64,000 bases of DNA from a virus. Shown in pieces: positions 17,020 to 27,040 of this stretch. Below the pieces are notes generated by a model. That model saw only the letters and a program-made list of their open reading frames with translations, did no database searches and was not told the DNA's origin. Position 1 is the stretch's first letter; every line of letters begins with the position of its first letter. Where the stretch lies: positions 1-64,000 of IMG/VR virus record IMGVR_UViG_3300012202_000039. The stretch is one strand, 5' to 3'. A program made the translations under genes and the position numbers.

Positions 17020-20000
17020 ATGCATATTTTGATTAAAGGATTTGGTCGAACTGGTGTAGTTTCTTCTAAAGTCGGCGGTAGGTCTTTTACAGAAACCGCG
17101 ACGGATGGAGGAAATCTTAGTGGATTTGGTATCGGAGGTAATTACGGTTTAGGTGCATCAGCTATTATTCCTAACACCGATCTAGAGTTACTAGACGGTC
17201 TAATCTCGTTTAGAAGTGACCAAATTGTTCGGAAAGTATACCGGGATATCTATTGGCACGACGTTATTGCTGGTGGTGCCGTCGATATTCAATCTACTAT
17301 CCCTTTCTCAGATTTTAGCCTATCTGGTATCAACGATCCTAAAGTTCTCGAAGTCTACATGCAAGCTATTGAAAATATGTCTATCTTGACGTTGTTACCT
17401 TCAGTTAGGATCGACCAACTCGTCTTAGGCACATTTATCGGGGTAACTAACTTCGATAGAGAGATTAATAATTATACTTCATTAACTCCGATTAACATAG
17501 ATATGACGCAAATAACCCCGGCTCCATTGTTTGATATGGATCCCATTATTGATTTGCGTTTTGCTAAGGATACTCAGCGGTACCTGAGGAATACTAAAGA
17601 TCATAGGTACCAGCGTATCCGGAATAAAATGCCCCAATGGATGATCGATGGTATTTCCAAAGGACGCGTATTATTAGATTCAGCTAACGTCATCTACTTA
17701 CCTCGGAAGACTTTATCCACAAATAATCTCGGTACTTCCTATTTCCGTAGGATTTTACCGATACATATTATGGAAAAAGCTATATTACGAGGAAGCATAC
17801 AACAGGCATATAGAAGGCAACGAGCTATCGGATGGGCGCGAGTCGGCGACGATGAATGGGAGCCTACAAACAACGAACTAAGTTCTATTTTGAGTATGCT
17901 ACAATGTTTGACGGGTGACACACTTATATCTATAGAAAATAAACTTACACGTTTAGATAAGATTTGTTCGCGTAAAGGTATGCAAAAAGATGAAGGTAAG
18001 AAAATAAATCTAAAGATAAAAGGCAAAGATGGTAAAATAGTTACTGCTAATAAGTGGTGGTATCGCGGTTACGATTATGTTAATAACATTAAGACTGAGC
18101 ACGGATACTCATTAAAAGCCACAGATACTCATCGTATACTGGTACTTAATGACAAATTAAAATTAATCTGGAAATATACTAAAGATTTAAAGATCGGTGA
18201 CAAACTTTGTTTAGATAGTAACATATCTAAAAGTGAAAATAATACCCAATTAAAGGTAGATATTAATCTACCTACATTAGTTACTCGCCCGCAAAGTGGC
18301 GGTATGACAGCTAAAGCTATAGATATTCCTAAAGAAATGTACCCAAAATTAGCTTATTTATTAGGATTATTAGTTAGTGAGGGGCATGTCCATAAGCATT
18401 ATGTAGCTATAACTAATAGTGCAGAAATTTTGCTCGAAGAAGCTATAGATTGTTTTAAAGAAATCTTCTATCTTAATCCTAGAATTGAGTGGATGGATAG
18501 AATAGGACAAGAAATAGTTATAAATGGTGTGCATACGGGTACTACTAGAAGTCTATCTGGTGTAGTACGTGCCCATAGCATATATGCCTCTCATATATTA
18601 CAGAAGCTAGGCGTTAGCTCCAGTGAAACTCTTAGATTAAATGGTGATAAATATCCAGCAAATTATAAAGAAATTCCTTGGTCTATTCTTCAAGCTGATG
18701 ATGAATCTAAATATGCCTTTATTGCAGCATATTTAGATGGTGATGGCGGTCTCGAAGTACATGATACCAATTCGGGTAAAAATATACTTCTTATTATACG
18801 TAGTTTTAGTAAGAAATTACTAAAACAAATGCAGATAATGTTATTAGATCTAGGTTATCATTCTCATATATCCTATGATCTTAATAGGTTAACTATAAAT
18901 CGAAATAATGCGGCTAAATTATATGCTAAAATATCAAAGTATCTCAAGCACCCAGATAGAATTATTAAAGATTGTTCTGGTCAGGCTAACGATATGGGTG
19001 AAGGTATTCCCGTAGCCCCTATTCGGAAGTTATTTCAATCTAGATTCATCCGCTCAGAATATAGAAAACACTTTTTCTTAAATGATGAAGGTAAAGAAAT
19101 CAGTATTAAACATTATGGAGTATTTTTAGCTAAAACTTTAAGTCATAATACTCTTCGTACTGAAGCATATAATAGAGATGAATATAAAAATATATTAGAT
19201 GCTTTAAAAATTATTAGTAAGAAATTTTATAATACAGTTGTAGATTTACTAGGCGTTGGATATAGGTATGAATCTATTACCTCTATTACTAAACTAGCTA
19301 AAAAGCAACATTTATATGATTTAACTATTGATAAAAAATCAGAGTCGGCTTTTGTCGCTAATGGTATAGTTGTTCACAATTCTGCTGATATGGACCCTAT
19401 CGGCGCTTTTCTCGTAACTAGAAATGGTATTGATTATCAAGATATACGAGAAGGTGGACAGTTTTGGTCCTTCAATGATGTCTTCGATACCTTTTCTAAC
19501 GCTAAAATGCGCGGGCTTGGAATTTCAGAGGGATTATTATCCCAAGAAAATACGTATTCAACACTCGAAGCATCCATAAGTATGTTCATGGATCAAATAA
19601 AAAGTGATCGAGAACAGACAACGAGAGAAATGTTCACTAACCGTATATTCGCAAATATCGCTATTACTAACGATTTTAAACGTAAAAATCCACGGATGGA
19701 AGTACCTAACGACGCTGAACAATACCCAACTTTAAGTTCTATGACGACTAAAGGTAGTCCTAGGGGAGTACACCGCACTGAAGATGGCCGTTACTTCGCT
19801 GTTTGTAGTTCAGCTAGTGCTAGATCGCAACTAAGTGAATATCAGATACCCAGTGTTCATTGGCACAAACAGCTCGAACCTAAAGGTGATCGGGATTACG
19901 TTGATTTACTATCTACTCTAGAAGAAAAAGGTGTACCTGTTCCTCTGCGGGTGTACGCCGCATCCGTGGGTGTAGATTTAGATGCTATTGTTCAAGGTAT

Positions 20001-20367
20001 GGATAACGACAAGAAACTCCGTAAAGAATTTGCTAAGTTTAAACAAGAAACTGGTGGTGGCGGTGATGAAGAAGAACAAGGTGGTGGACAAGGTCAGCAA
20101 TTCGCTTCGGATCTGAGTAAAAGTGTGGGTAGTAGCGTAGCTCGTGTTGGTTTAGGTAATAGAACAACGGATGATCCCCGCTACAAGATTAGAGGTTCTA
20201 ATAATAAGGGTACACCGCAGGAACTTTCACGTAAAGGTGAAAAACTAGCTAACGAACGTATGCACAAGTTAGTAGCTAATATCCTAGCCGAGCGGCAACG
20301 TCAGGAAATCGTCAAGGAAAATAGCAAATTTAACAAACTTAAGGGTTTAAGGAAACCAAATAAATAG
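17020..20367 (+). CDS. Portal protein, intein-containing (623 aa after splicing)
   Basis: Lies between terminase and prohead protease; portal-like GTSYFRRILP, LGISEGLLS and PSVHWHKQL blocks; internal intein. Confidence 0.75.
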   Translation: MHILIKGFGRTGVVSSKVGGRSFTETATDGGNLSGFGIGGNYGLGASAIIPNTDLELLDGLISFRSDQIVRKVYRDIYWHDVIAGGAVDIQSTIPFSDFSLSGINDPKVLEVYMQAIENMSILTLLPSVRIDQLVLGTFIGVTNFDREINNYTSLTPINIDMTQITPAPLFDMDPIIDLRFAKDTQRYLRNTKDHRYQRIRNKMPQWMIDGISKGRVLLDSANVIYLPRKTLSTNNLGTSYFRRILPIHIMEKAILRGSIQQAYRRQRAIGWARVGDDEWEPTNNELSSILSMLQCLTGDTLISIENKLTRLDKICSRKGMQKDEGKKINLKIKGKDGKIVTANKWWYRGYDYVNNIKTEHGYSLKATDTHRILVLNDKLKLIWKYTKDLKIGDKLCLDSNISKSENNTQLKVDINLPTLVTRPQSGGMTAKAIDIPKEMYPKLAYLLGLLVSEGHVHKHYVAITNSAEILLEEAIDCFKEIFYLNPRIEWMDRIGQEIVINGVHTGTTRSLSGVVRAHSIYASHILQKLGVSSSETLRLNGDKYPANYKEIPWSILQADDESKYAFIAAYLDGDGGLEVHDTNSGKNILLIIRSFSKKLLKQMQIMLLDLGYHSHISYDLNRLTINRNNAAKLYAKISKYLKHPDRIIKDCSGQANDMGEGIPVAPIRKLFQSRFIRSEYRKHFFLNDEGKEISIKHYGVFLAKTLSHNTLRTEAYNRDEYKNILDALKIISKKFYNTVVDLLGVGYRYESITSITKLAKKQHLYDLTIDKKSESAFVANGIVVHNSADMDPIGAFLVTRNGIDYQDIREGGQFWSFNDVFDTFSNAKMRGLGISEGLLSQENTYSTLEASISMFMDQIKSDREQTTREMFTNRIFANIAITNDFKRKNPRMEVPNDAEQYPTLSSMTTKGSPRGVHRTEDGRYFAVCSSASARSQLSEYQIPSVHWHKQLEPKGDRDYVDLLSTLEEKGVPVPLRVYAASVGVDLDAIVQGMDNDKKLRKEFAKFKQETGGGGDEEEQGGGQGQQFASDLSKSVGSSVARVGLGNRTTDDPRYKIRGSNNKGTPQELSRKGEKLANERMHKLVANILAERQRQEIVKENSKFNKLKGLRKPNK
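17905..19380 (+). mobile_element. Intein with LAGLIDADG homing endonuclease (492 aa)
   Basis: Q/CLTGDT block A, ATDTHR block B, LAYLLGLLVSEG and FIAAYLDGDG, LYDLT..FVANGIVVHN/S C-terminus. Confidence 0.95.
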
Positions 20368-20379
20368 AGGTTTACCTTT

Positions 20380-20850
20380 ATGAACCACATAGAAAGATAT
20401 TTTAAGACTAAGTCTAATCATAAATTTAGTAATATATTAGAATTAGATCCTTGGTCTTTTGACCAACTAAAATTTGGTTGGCGCTATATTTCAGAATTAA
20501 AAGATCAAGAAATAGCTATAATGAGTTACTTAAATAAATATTCATACAATAATACTTGGAAATCAAATACACCTAAATCTACATTTAATCCTATAATCTT
20601 ACCAAGCTTATTATGGTTTCATTTAGGGCAAGTGCAGCTATTTATGAGTAAAGATGCACTTACTGCTCTAAATATAGCTTACAAGTTAGAGTTAAATATA
20701 CAATTTAAAAAATATATTTTAGCCACTGTAGCTTTTGTAGAGAAAGATCATAATAAATTTGAACTAGCTATTAAAAATCTTACAGAGAATAAGCGTGTAA
20801 TTAATACATTAAAGAATAATTTTGATAAAGACTATAAAGATATTTATTAA
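20380..20850 (+). CDS. Hypothetical helical (TPR-like) protein
   Basis: FDQ..GWR, WFHLGQ and YILATVAF pattern. Confidence 0.5.
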   Translation: MNHIERYFKTKSNHKFSNILELDPWSFDQLKFGWRYISELKDQEIAIMSYLNKYSYNNTWKSNTPKSTFNPIILPSLLWFHLGQVQLFMSKDALTALNIAYKLELNIQFKKYILATVAFVEKDHNKFELAIKNLTENKRVINTLKNNFDKDYKDIY

Positions 20851-20864
20851 TAGGAATAAATATA

Positions 20865-21689
20865 ATGCAACTAACTAAAGAGGTAATCTTAGCTAGGATA
20901 GACATTTCTTACCACGATAAAGCCGAAATAATTTACAATTCTATTAAATCCAGCATACTGAAGGGTGATTTAGTAAAAGTACAAAATGCGGAACTAAATA
21001 CTAAATGGGATACTAAAATCTTATACAGATTTAGCAATAAAGAATTTTACGAAAAATATAAGGATATCAAAAATATTCTATTCGCGGATAGTAATCACCC
21101 TAAATTTAAAGACGGCAGAGGTCTAGAGGGGTATAAAAATTACGTAGCACCATTAAAATTACTTTATACCTTTCATATTTATCGGTATGAAAAAGAAGTT
21201 AATATAATTTTAAGAATTAAAGCAAAAGAATTCAATAAAAACCAAATAACTAAGTTATTTGAACTAGATGCTTTAAAGGAAATAATGATACATGAGTTAA
21301 CTCACTATATACAACGTAATAAACTCGTGTATTTTGAATCACCTTTTAAGGAATATAAAAGAGATTATATAAAAACTAGGGAAGAACGTGAGGCTTTTCT
21401 TAATAGCTTAATCGTTATTCTAGATAAATATATATTCCAAAAAGATAAGTCTAGTCTAAGTAATATAAATGATTTTGAAGTAGCTGTTTTACATAAAATA
21501 CTAGATTTAGTAAAAAATAAAACTAAATCTTCTCTTAAAGGTTCTTATGTCGCTACCTATATTAATCTGTCCGAAAAAGATAAACAAACCTATATAGATG
21601 ATTTGTATAGGTATTTCAGGAAGAAATACAATATAACTAAGGAGGGACCGAGAACTAGCACTACTAAGTTATCTATAGGTAAGAAATAG
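20865..21689 (+). CDS. Zincin-like metallopeptidase (paralogue 1)
   Basis: HELTH (HExxH) plus downstream EREA. Confidence 0.65.
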   Translation: MQLTKEVILARIDISYHDKAEIIYNSIKSSILKGDLVKVQNAELNTKWDTKILYRFSNKEFYEKYKDIKNILFADSNHPKFKDGRGLEGYKNYVAPLKLLYTFHIYRYEKEVNIILRIKAKEFNKNQITKLFELDALKEIMIHELTHYIQRNKLVYFESPFKEYKRDYIKTREEREAFLNSLIVILDKYIFQKDKSSLSNINDFEVAVLHKILDLVKNKTKSSLKGSYVATYINLSEKDKQTYIDDLYRYFRKKYNITKEGPRTSTTKLSIGKK

Positions 21690-21697
21690 AGGTAAAT

Positions 21698-21920
21698 AGG
21701 CAACTAACTTTTACCAAAGTATTAGCTACCGTAGATGTTTCTTACTTAGATTAAGCTATAAGTGTTTACAATCTAATAATAGATTTAATTAAAGCAAGTA
21801 AACTTATTAAATCGGAGTTATCTAAAGAAGACGTCTATATGTTAGGTAACGATATAGTAAAGACCTTGAAGAATATATACACTATATTATGTAAACGAAA
21901 TAATATTATTCCCATATTTA
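21698..21920 (+). pseudogene. Decayed third copy of the MQLT... zincin gene 5' end
   Basis: AGG (for ATG)-QLTFTKVLATVDVSYLD*AISVYN aligns to MQLTKEVILARIDISYHDKAEIIYN; TAA at 21752 replaces Lys; GAGG RBS retained; end approximate. Confidence 0.65.
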
Positions 21921-21934
21921 AATAAGAGGTAACA

Positions 21935-23047
21935 ATGAATAACTTAGTCGTCGCATCTAGCCTAAAACGTCGACCATATATTGAAATTACAGCTGGTGAA
22001 GCCCCAGTTATAGAGGATACTATTAAAGCTAAACTAGGTAACAATACTTTTAAGAGCTTACAATCTGATATCAAAGCACGATTTAACGGTAAATCTCAGC
22101 AGGAAGTTGAGAGTAACTTACGTCGAGCTAACGTTATCGGCCGCAAATATGGTTACTCTCAAGTAGCTATGTTAGCTATATTAGCCGAGAAGTTAGGGCC
22201 TAAGGAATTAGGTAAAGTTAAGAAAGAAATAATCGCGGAATACAATAGTATCGAAGATAAAGCGGCTAGAGAAGAAAAGATTGCCTTCGATCTCAACCAA
22301 GTGCAGAAGAAAGGCAAAGTTACTCGGTTAAAATTAACCCCTAAGTACCGTAGGTTATATAGTAAGTTAACTACACAATATCCTAAACAAGTTAAAGAAT
22401 TTCAGCGGCTAACTCTGAGTAACTTCGATAGTCCAGAAGAATTACGGGATTACCTAACTAAAAATGGTGACGTTTTAATTAACGGAAATACACAGGAAAA
22501 TATAGCTTTCTATGAACCAGATAGCAGGTGGAAGAAGTTATTAACTTTCTTACTAACTGCTGTTGGCGGCGGTGCCCTTGGTTTTCTCTTAGGTGCATCT
22601 ATCGGGGAATTAGTTAAGATTATATTTTCTATATTAATTCCAGCAGTAATGAGTTTCTTGTGGGTTAATATCTGGTACTTAGGCTTAATCGCTATTGTTA
22701 TCGCCGCGGGCATTGCAGCGTATGTAACTCTAGTGTTATTAACACATTTTTTGACGACGTTTTGGTACGAGTCTAAGTACGTATTTAAGAGTATCGCCGC
22801 CGTTAGTGTAAGTATCGCCGCTTTCTTAGTTGCCGTAATTGGATTATATGAGTTATTCACTGTTGGTTTAATTATGTCTACTTTAATGCTTGTAGGCGGT
22901 TATGTATTATTAGCTGTAGTAACCGCAGGATTTGTTGGTGTTTTAAGTTATATCATATTAAGTATATATCGGCGGATATTCTCTTCTTCTATGGGAGTTT
23001 ATCTAGAGCCTATATCGCCATCTAATAATATCTTAGCAGTAATATAA
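21935..23047 (+). CDS. Membrane protein: basic soluble N-domain plus about 4-5 TM helices
   Basis: Long hydrophobic C-terminal third. Confidence 0.7.
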   Translation: MNNLVVASSLKRRPYIEITAGEAPVIEDTIKAKLGNNTFKSLQSDIKARFNGKSQQEVESNLRRANVIGRKYGYSQVAMLAILAEKLGPKELGKVKKEIIAEYNSIEDKAAREEKIAFDLNQVQKKGKVTRLKLTPKYRRLYSKLTTQYPKQVKEFQRLTLSNFDSPEELRDYLTKNGDVLINGNTQENIAFYEPDSRWKKLLTFLLTAVGGGALGFLLGASIGELVKIIFSILIPAVMSFLWVNIWYLGLIAIVIAAGIAAYVTLVLLTHFLTTFWYESKYVFKSIAAVSVSIAAFLVAVIGLYELFTVGLIMSTLMLVGGYVLLAVVTAGFVGVLSYIILSIYRRIFSSSMGVYLEPISPSNNILAVI

Positions 23048-23060
23048 TTAGGAGTTACAA

Positions 23061-23192
23061 ATGTCAGATATTAACTTAATCGCAGCTATCGCTAAACTTA
23101 ATGATCAACGTAAATATTCAGCTAATAATACCCATAAAGATGAGCTTAAATTCTTAGTGCCAGATAATAAAATTAATAAGGATACCAAATAA
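23061..23192 (+). CDS. Small hypothetical protein (43 aa, MSDINLIAA...)
   Basis: Manual translation; AGGAG RBS; abuts the protease start. Confidence 0.55.
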   Translation: MSDINLIAAIAKLNDQRKYSANNTHKDELKFLVPDNKINKDTK

Positions 23193-23957
23193 ATGAATAA
23201 CCGTCCTTTTCATATCTATTCTGATTGTCTCGGCTCACTAAAACATGTAGAAGCCTTTGATTTACTAGATGAAAAACGTTCGGATAAGCTGGAGTTATTT
23301 AAGATTCAAGCTGCCGCTACGGATATGACTAAAGATATTAAAGAAACTATTGTAACTGCACCTAAGATTCTCCCCTTCGCTGCGGAGAAATACAATATTT
23401 CACCTAATATTAAAGATTATATTCTCTGTTGCGTAGTAGTTTTACCTTCAGATCTACCCAATAAAAATGGTATTGCTTTTTCTCATGCTGAGCTTAGTTC
23501 GTTCGTTGTGGATGCTGGATCACTATGTTATGATACGTTTAGATATCGTCCGATTCACCTCGAACATGCCAATAAGGACCCTAGCATAGCTAAAGGCATA
23601 ATTTTAAGCTCTAGTTACAAAAGAATGACAGGATTTAAAGGTAATTTGTGGAAAGTTATCTGTCTCTGTGCGGTTGACCGTAATCGCGATAAAGTTTTAG
23701 CCGATCGTGTTCTTAATGAAAAAGATACCGGTTTTTCCTTAGGTAGTCTATGTGCCGATTACCGTTGTTCTATTACTGGTAACCTTTTTAGTTCAGGACA
23801 AGCTGAGAATTATACTAAGTTAGGTAAACCTTCTTTCCAAGTTGTGGGGAATAATTTAGCTTTCTTAAATGCCATAGATTCCTTAATGTTTGAAGTTAGT
23901 GTAGTAGCTTCTGAGGCTTATTCTTCTGCTCGAACACCATATAAGATGACCTTCTAG
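23193..23957 (+). CDS. Prohead (capsid maturation) protease
   Basis: PNKNG..F, PIHLEH (His), KGII, FSLG (Ser), FEVSVV: herpes/HK97-type protease pattern. Confidence 0.8.
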   Translation: MNNRPFHIYSDCLGSLKHVEAFDLLDEKRSDKLELFKIQAAATDMTKDIKETIVTAPKILPFAAEKYNISPNIKDYILCCVVVLPSDLPNKNGIAFSHAELSSFVVDAGSLCYDTFRYRPIHLEHANKDPSIAKGIILSSSYKRMTGFKGNLWKVICLCAVDRNRDKVLADRVLNEKDTGFSLGSLCADYRCSITGNLFSSGQAENYTKLGKPSFQVVGNNLAFLNAIDSLMFEVSVVASEAYSSARTPYKMTF

Positions 23958-24073
23958 TATAAAAGGAATAATAACTGTACTATAAATAGCTAAAGATAGA
24001 ATTTTTCAAGCAATAGTCCGCACTATAATTGGGTTATAAAAAGATATATAAATTTTGACATAAGGTTATTATA

Positions 24074-24823
24074 ATGCAACTAACTAAAGAGGTAATCTTA
24101 GCTAGGATAGATATTTCTTACCACGATAAGGCTGAAGCTATATATAAAATAATTAAACAAGAAGTGCTTAAGGGAAAGTTAATAAAACAAAGTAACACAG
24201 CTTTGAGTAAACATCTAGATTCTACAACTATTTATTTATTAAATTCTGAACGATTTAATGAACTATATAAGAATACGACTATATCTTTCTCTACCTATAA
24301 AACTAGTTCATATTTTAACGAAAATAAGCACGCCTCTGGTTTTACGGATCAGAAAGGTAGTATAAAGCTGTTATATACATTTAGAATTTATACTTCCAAA
24401 TTTAAAAATGATCTCCATTTCTTAGTTCCACGGTTGAATAAGCAAGAAATTATATCTTTCTTTACTTATGATTTGTATAAAGATATATTTATTCATGAGT
24501 TAACGCACTACCTTCAGATACATAAACGTTTATATTTTGAATCTCCCTTTAAGAATGCTGATAATGATTACTTTAAACAAAGAATAGAACGAGAAGCATA
24601 CTTGAATAGTTTTATTGGAGATTTAAAGAATATCATTATAAAAAATCCAGAAAAATATCTACAGTCATTAAACGATTTTAAAAATTTAATAAAATATGAA
24701 TTAAGAAATGGCGGTAATGCTAAAGATATATTAGATAACCTATCCAATACTACGAGAGAGCAATATTATATAGATGTATACGAATATTTCAGGAAGAAAT
24801 ATAAGCAAGGACTAAATACATGA
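24074..24823 (+). CDS. Zincin-like metallopeptidase (paralogue 2)
   Basis: HELTH plus EREA; first 21 aa identical to 20865..21689. Confidence 0.65.
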   Translation: MQLTKEVILARIDISYHDKAEAIYKIIKQEVLKGKLIKQSNTALSKHLDSTTIYLLNSERFNELYKNTTISFSTYKTSSYFNENKHASGFTDQKGSIKLLYTFRIYTSKFKNDLHFLVPRLNKQEIISFFTYDLYKDIFIHELTHYLQIHKRLYFESPFKNADNDYFKQRIEREAYLNSFIGDLKNIIIKNPEKYLQSLNDFKNLIKYELRNGGNAKDILDNLSNTTREQYYIDVYEYFRKKYKQGLNT

Positions 24824-24993
24824 ATAAATTTTATCTCTACTCGCAAAGAGATTCGGTTCTAGAAGATATAGAAGAACAAATGCATAAACTTAAAACTGAA
24901 CACCAGAGACAGACGGAAGATTATAAAACACAAATGGAAAGTTTACGTAAACGTAAAGAATCTCGTATGCAGGGTCTAGGTAAGAACAAATAG
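24820..24993 (+). CDS. Small coiled-coil protein (57 aa)
   Basis: Manual translation MNKFYLYSQRDSVLEDIEEQMHKLK...; ATGA coupling; AAGGA RBS. Confidence 0.6.
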   Translation: MNKFYLYSQRDSVLEDIEEQMHKLKTEHQRQTEDYKTQMESLRKRKESRMQGLGKNK

Positions 24994-24996
24994 GCC

Positions 24997-25004
24997 CTGT
25001 AAAT
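24997..25004 (+). promoter_or_regulatory. Candidate phage promoter element CTGTAAAT
   Basis: Same element at 38655 and 62493, with variants at 3356, 3410, 11558 and 15651, all intergenic. Confidence 0.45.
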
Positions 25005-25063
25005 AGAACACAGAATACCACTAATGGTACTCTAGTTTTTAAATAAATTGAAGGTAAATAGTT

Positions 25064-25873
25064 ATGTCAGTTAATATTGTTCAAAATAAGTTTCTTGAAT
25101 ATATCGTCAGCGAATGTCACGATCGTGGTAATTTAATCGAGATGAATATTCATCTCGTAAATAATGTACGTTTAGTTGGACATATTATTGGTTACGATGA
25201 CGATTCCATCATTCTTAATGGTCGTGGTAAAACGCAGATTGTCTTCAAGAAGGCTATTTTGACTATTTGTCCTGGCGACAAGGGTGACGTAAACATGCTT
25301 AAGGCATGTTTACCTGATACGCTTAGTGAAGCTGCGCTTAATAGGTTAGTAGGTAATACTAGTACATATAGGCACTACACTTCTTCAAATTTAGATAAAA
25401 CTAGCCACCAACCTTATTACGGTGAGCCCCAGACAGATTTAAATCCAGTAAAAGAACCTATTGATATAATCAAACAAGTTGAAGGTAAGGTCGGCGAGGG
25501 TAGTTGTAGTGGGATCGGCGGTGAGGTTAATAACCAGCTAATTCCTAGTTATGATGCTATCCTGAACTACCATAAGAATAAAGGTAATTCTGTTTCAGAA
25601 GAAGATAAGGTCAGTGATAATGCCGAGGAATCTCGGGCTCCTACTGAGAGAGAAGAATTTAATAAGTATCTAAAAGAGAAGTATTCTAGTTCAGATGATA
25701 AGGGACGTAAAGAACTTTTAGAACAATTAAAGCTAAAAAATAACATTGGCGCATGTTTTAGTGATCCTGATGATGATATGTATTATCCTAGTAATATGAG
25801 TAATCTTCTTTCAGAAGAAGAGAAGATTACTCAAGAAATGCACGATAATGGTACTGACAGTGTTGCAGTTTAA
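25064..25873 (+). CDS. hfq: Hfq-like Sm protein with ~200-aa acidic C-terminal extension
   Basis: VQNKFL...IHLVNNVRLVGHIIGYDDDSIIL...TQIVFKKAILTICP aligns with Hfq LQDPFL...[23 protein letters not shown]...SQMVYKHAISTVVP. Confidence 0.85.
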   Translation: MSVNIVQNKFLEYIVSECHDRGNLIEMNIHLVNNVRLVGHIIGYDDDSIILNGRGKTQIVFKKAILTICPGDKGDVNMLKACLPDTLSEAALNRLVGNTSTYRHYTSSNLDKTSHQPYYGEPQTDLNPVKEPIDIIKQVEGKVGEGSCSGIGGEVNNQLIPSYDAILNYHKNKGNSVSEEDKVSDNAEESRAPTEREEFNKYLKEKYSSSDDKGRKELLEQLKLKNNIGACFSDPDDDMYYPSNMSNLLSEEEKITQEMHDNGTDSVAV

Positions 25874-25899
25874 TTAAGTTCAAAGAGGAAATAATTAAG

Positions 25900-27027
25900 A
25901 TGTCTACGATTGATTTCCCCGAGTTAGATATTGAAACCTATATCTCTGCTGACCCTATCGACGTAGTACCAGATAATAGCAAGGGTTCACAGAAGATTGC
26001 TATTCTAGGCTTAGGTCAAGCCGGCGGACGTATAGCAGAAGCTTTCCAAGACATTGGGTATAATAAAACTATTTATGTTAATACTACCGCACAAGATATT
26101 AATAATATTGTCTATAAATGTATTATTGGTATTACTGGTCGACCAGGCGGTGCTGGTAAGAATATGGCTATTGCTAGGGAAGCCTTTAATCAATGTGAAT
26201 CAACTATTACTAACTTGATGACTAAAGTGTACGGTAAAGTTGATCATATTCTAGTATGTGCTGCGTTAGGCGGAGGTACTGGCTGCGGTTCCGTGGTTTC
26301 TGCTTTAGAATTAGCTAAGAAGTATATGCGTTATATCGGACACGCCGATGCAGATAAGCGAGTTGGGGCGGTTATTACTATCCCAACTAATGGTGAACTT
26401 AACCCGCAAGTATTAAGTAATACTCTAGAAACCGCCGAAGAATTATCTAGGTTAGCAGATAATCAAGAAATCAGCCCTTTGATTATGGTGGATAACGAGA
26501 AGCTTAAGCTTCTCTATCAGACTAAAATTCCTATTGCGAAGTACCACACAACTATTAATAATCTTATTGTCCAGCTTATTGATAGTTTTAATACTATTTC
26601 TAACCAAGCTAGTGAATACATCACCTTCGACGCCACAGATTATGAAACCATCCTACAATGTGGCGGTCATATGATTTCCGGGGTAACTCGGGTAGATAAT
26701 TGGTTAGATAAAGATCTAGTAGTTAAAGCATTTCGAGATAATTTGATGGGTGCATTATTATCCTCTGATTTCGACCTAACTACGGCTACTCACGGCGGTG
26801 TAGTAGTAATGGTTGACGAGGAGTTGATTAATACTGATGTAAATCTTCAAGCTTTTATTGAAGCTGGATTTGATTCGATTAATCTCCTATGTCCTAAGGC
26901 CACTATTCATCGTGGTTTATACAAATGTAAGCCGACTAAGTTGAGTAAAGTTCGCGTATATACCACACTAGCTGGATTAAAGACACCTACTCGTAAATAT
27001 GATAAGTTATCTGCTTTATTGAACTAA
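25900..27027 (+). CDS. Tubulin/FtsZ-superfamily GTPase (PhuZ/TubZ/CetZ-like)
   Basis: GLGQAGGRIA, VNT, GAGKN, signature GGGTGCG, P..E, DNEKL, T7-loop FDATD. Confidence 0.92.
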   Translation: MSTIDFPELDIETYISADPIDVVPDNSKGSQKIAILGLGQAGGRIAEAFQDIGYNKTIYVNTTAQDINNIVYKCIIGITGRPGGAGKNMAIAREAFNQCESTITNLMTKVYGKVDHILVCAALGGGTGCGSVVSALELAKKYMRYIGHADADKRVGAVITIPTNGELNPQVLSNTLETAEELSRLADNQEISPLIMVDNEKLKLLYQTKIPIAKYHTTINNLIVQLIDSFNTISNQASEYITFDATDYETILQCGGHMISGVTRVDNWLDKDLVVKAFRDNLMGALLSSDFDLTTATHGGVVVMVDEELINTDVNLQAFIEAGFDSINLLCPKATIHRGLYKCKPTKLSKVRVYTTLAGLKTPTRKYDKLSALLN

Positions 27028-27040
27028 AGGAGTAACACAA

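Noticed and set aside
21752-21754. Stop-codon reassignment
   Set aside because: A single in-frame TAA in a fragment that also lacks its ATG; TAA, TAG and TGA all terminate intact genes and coding density is high in code 11
25900-27027. Host ftsZ indicating bacterial chromosome or prophage flank
   Set aside because: No dcw cluster neighbours, no FtsZ C-terminal peptide, and phage genes on both sides
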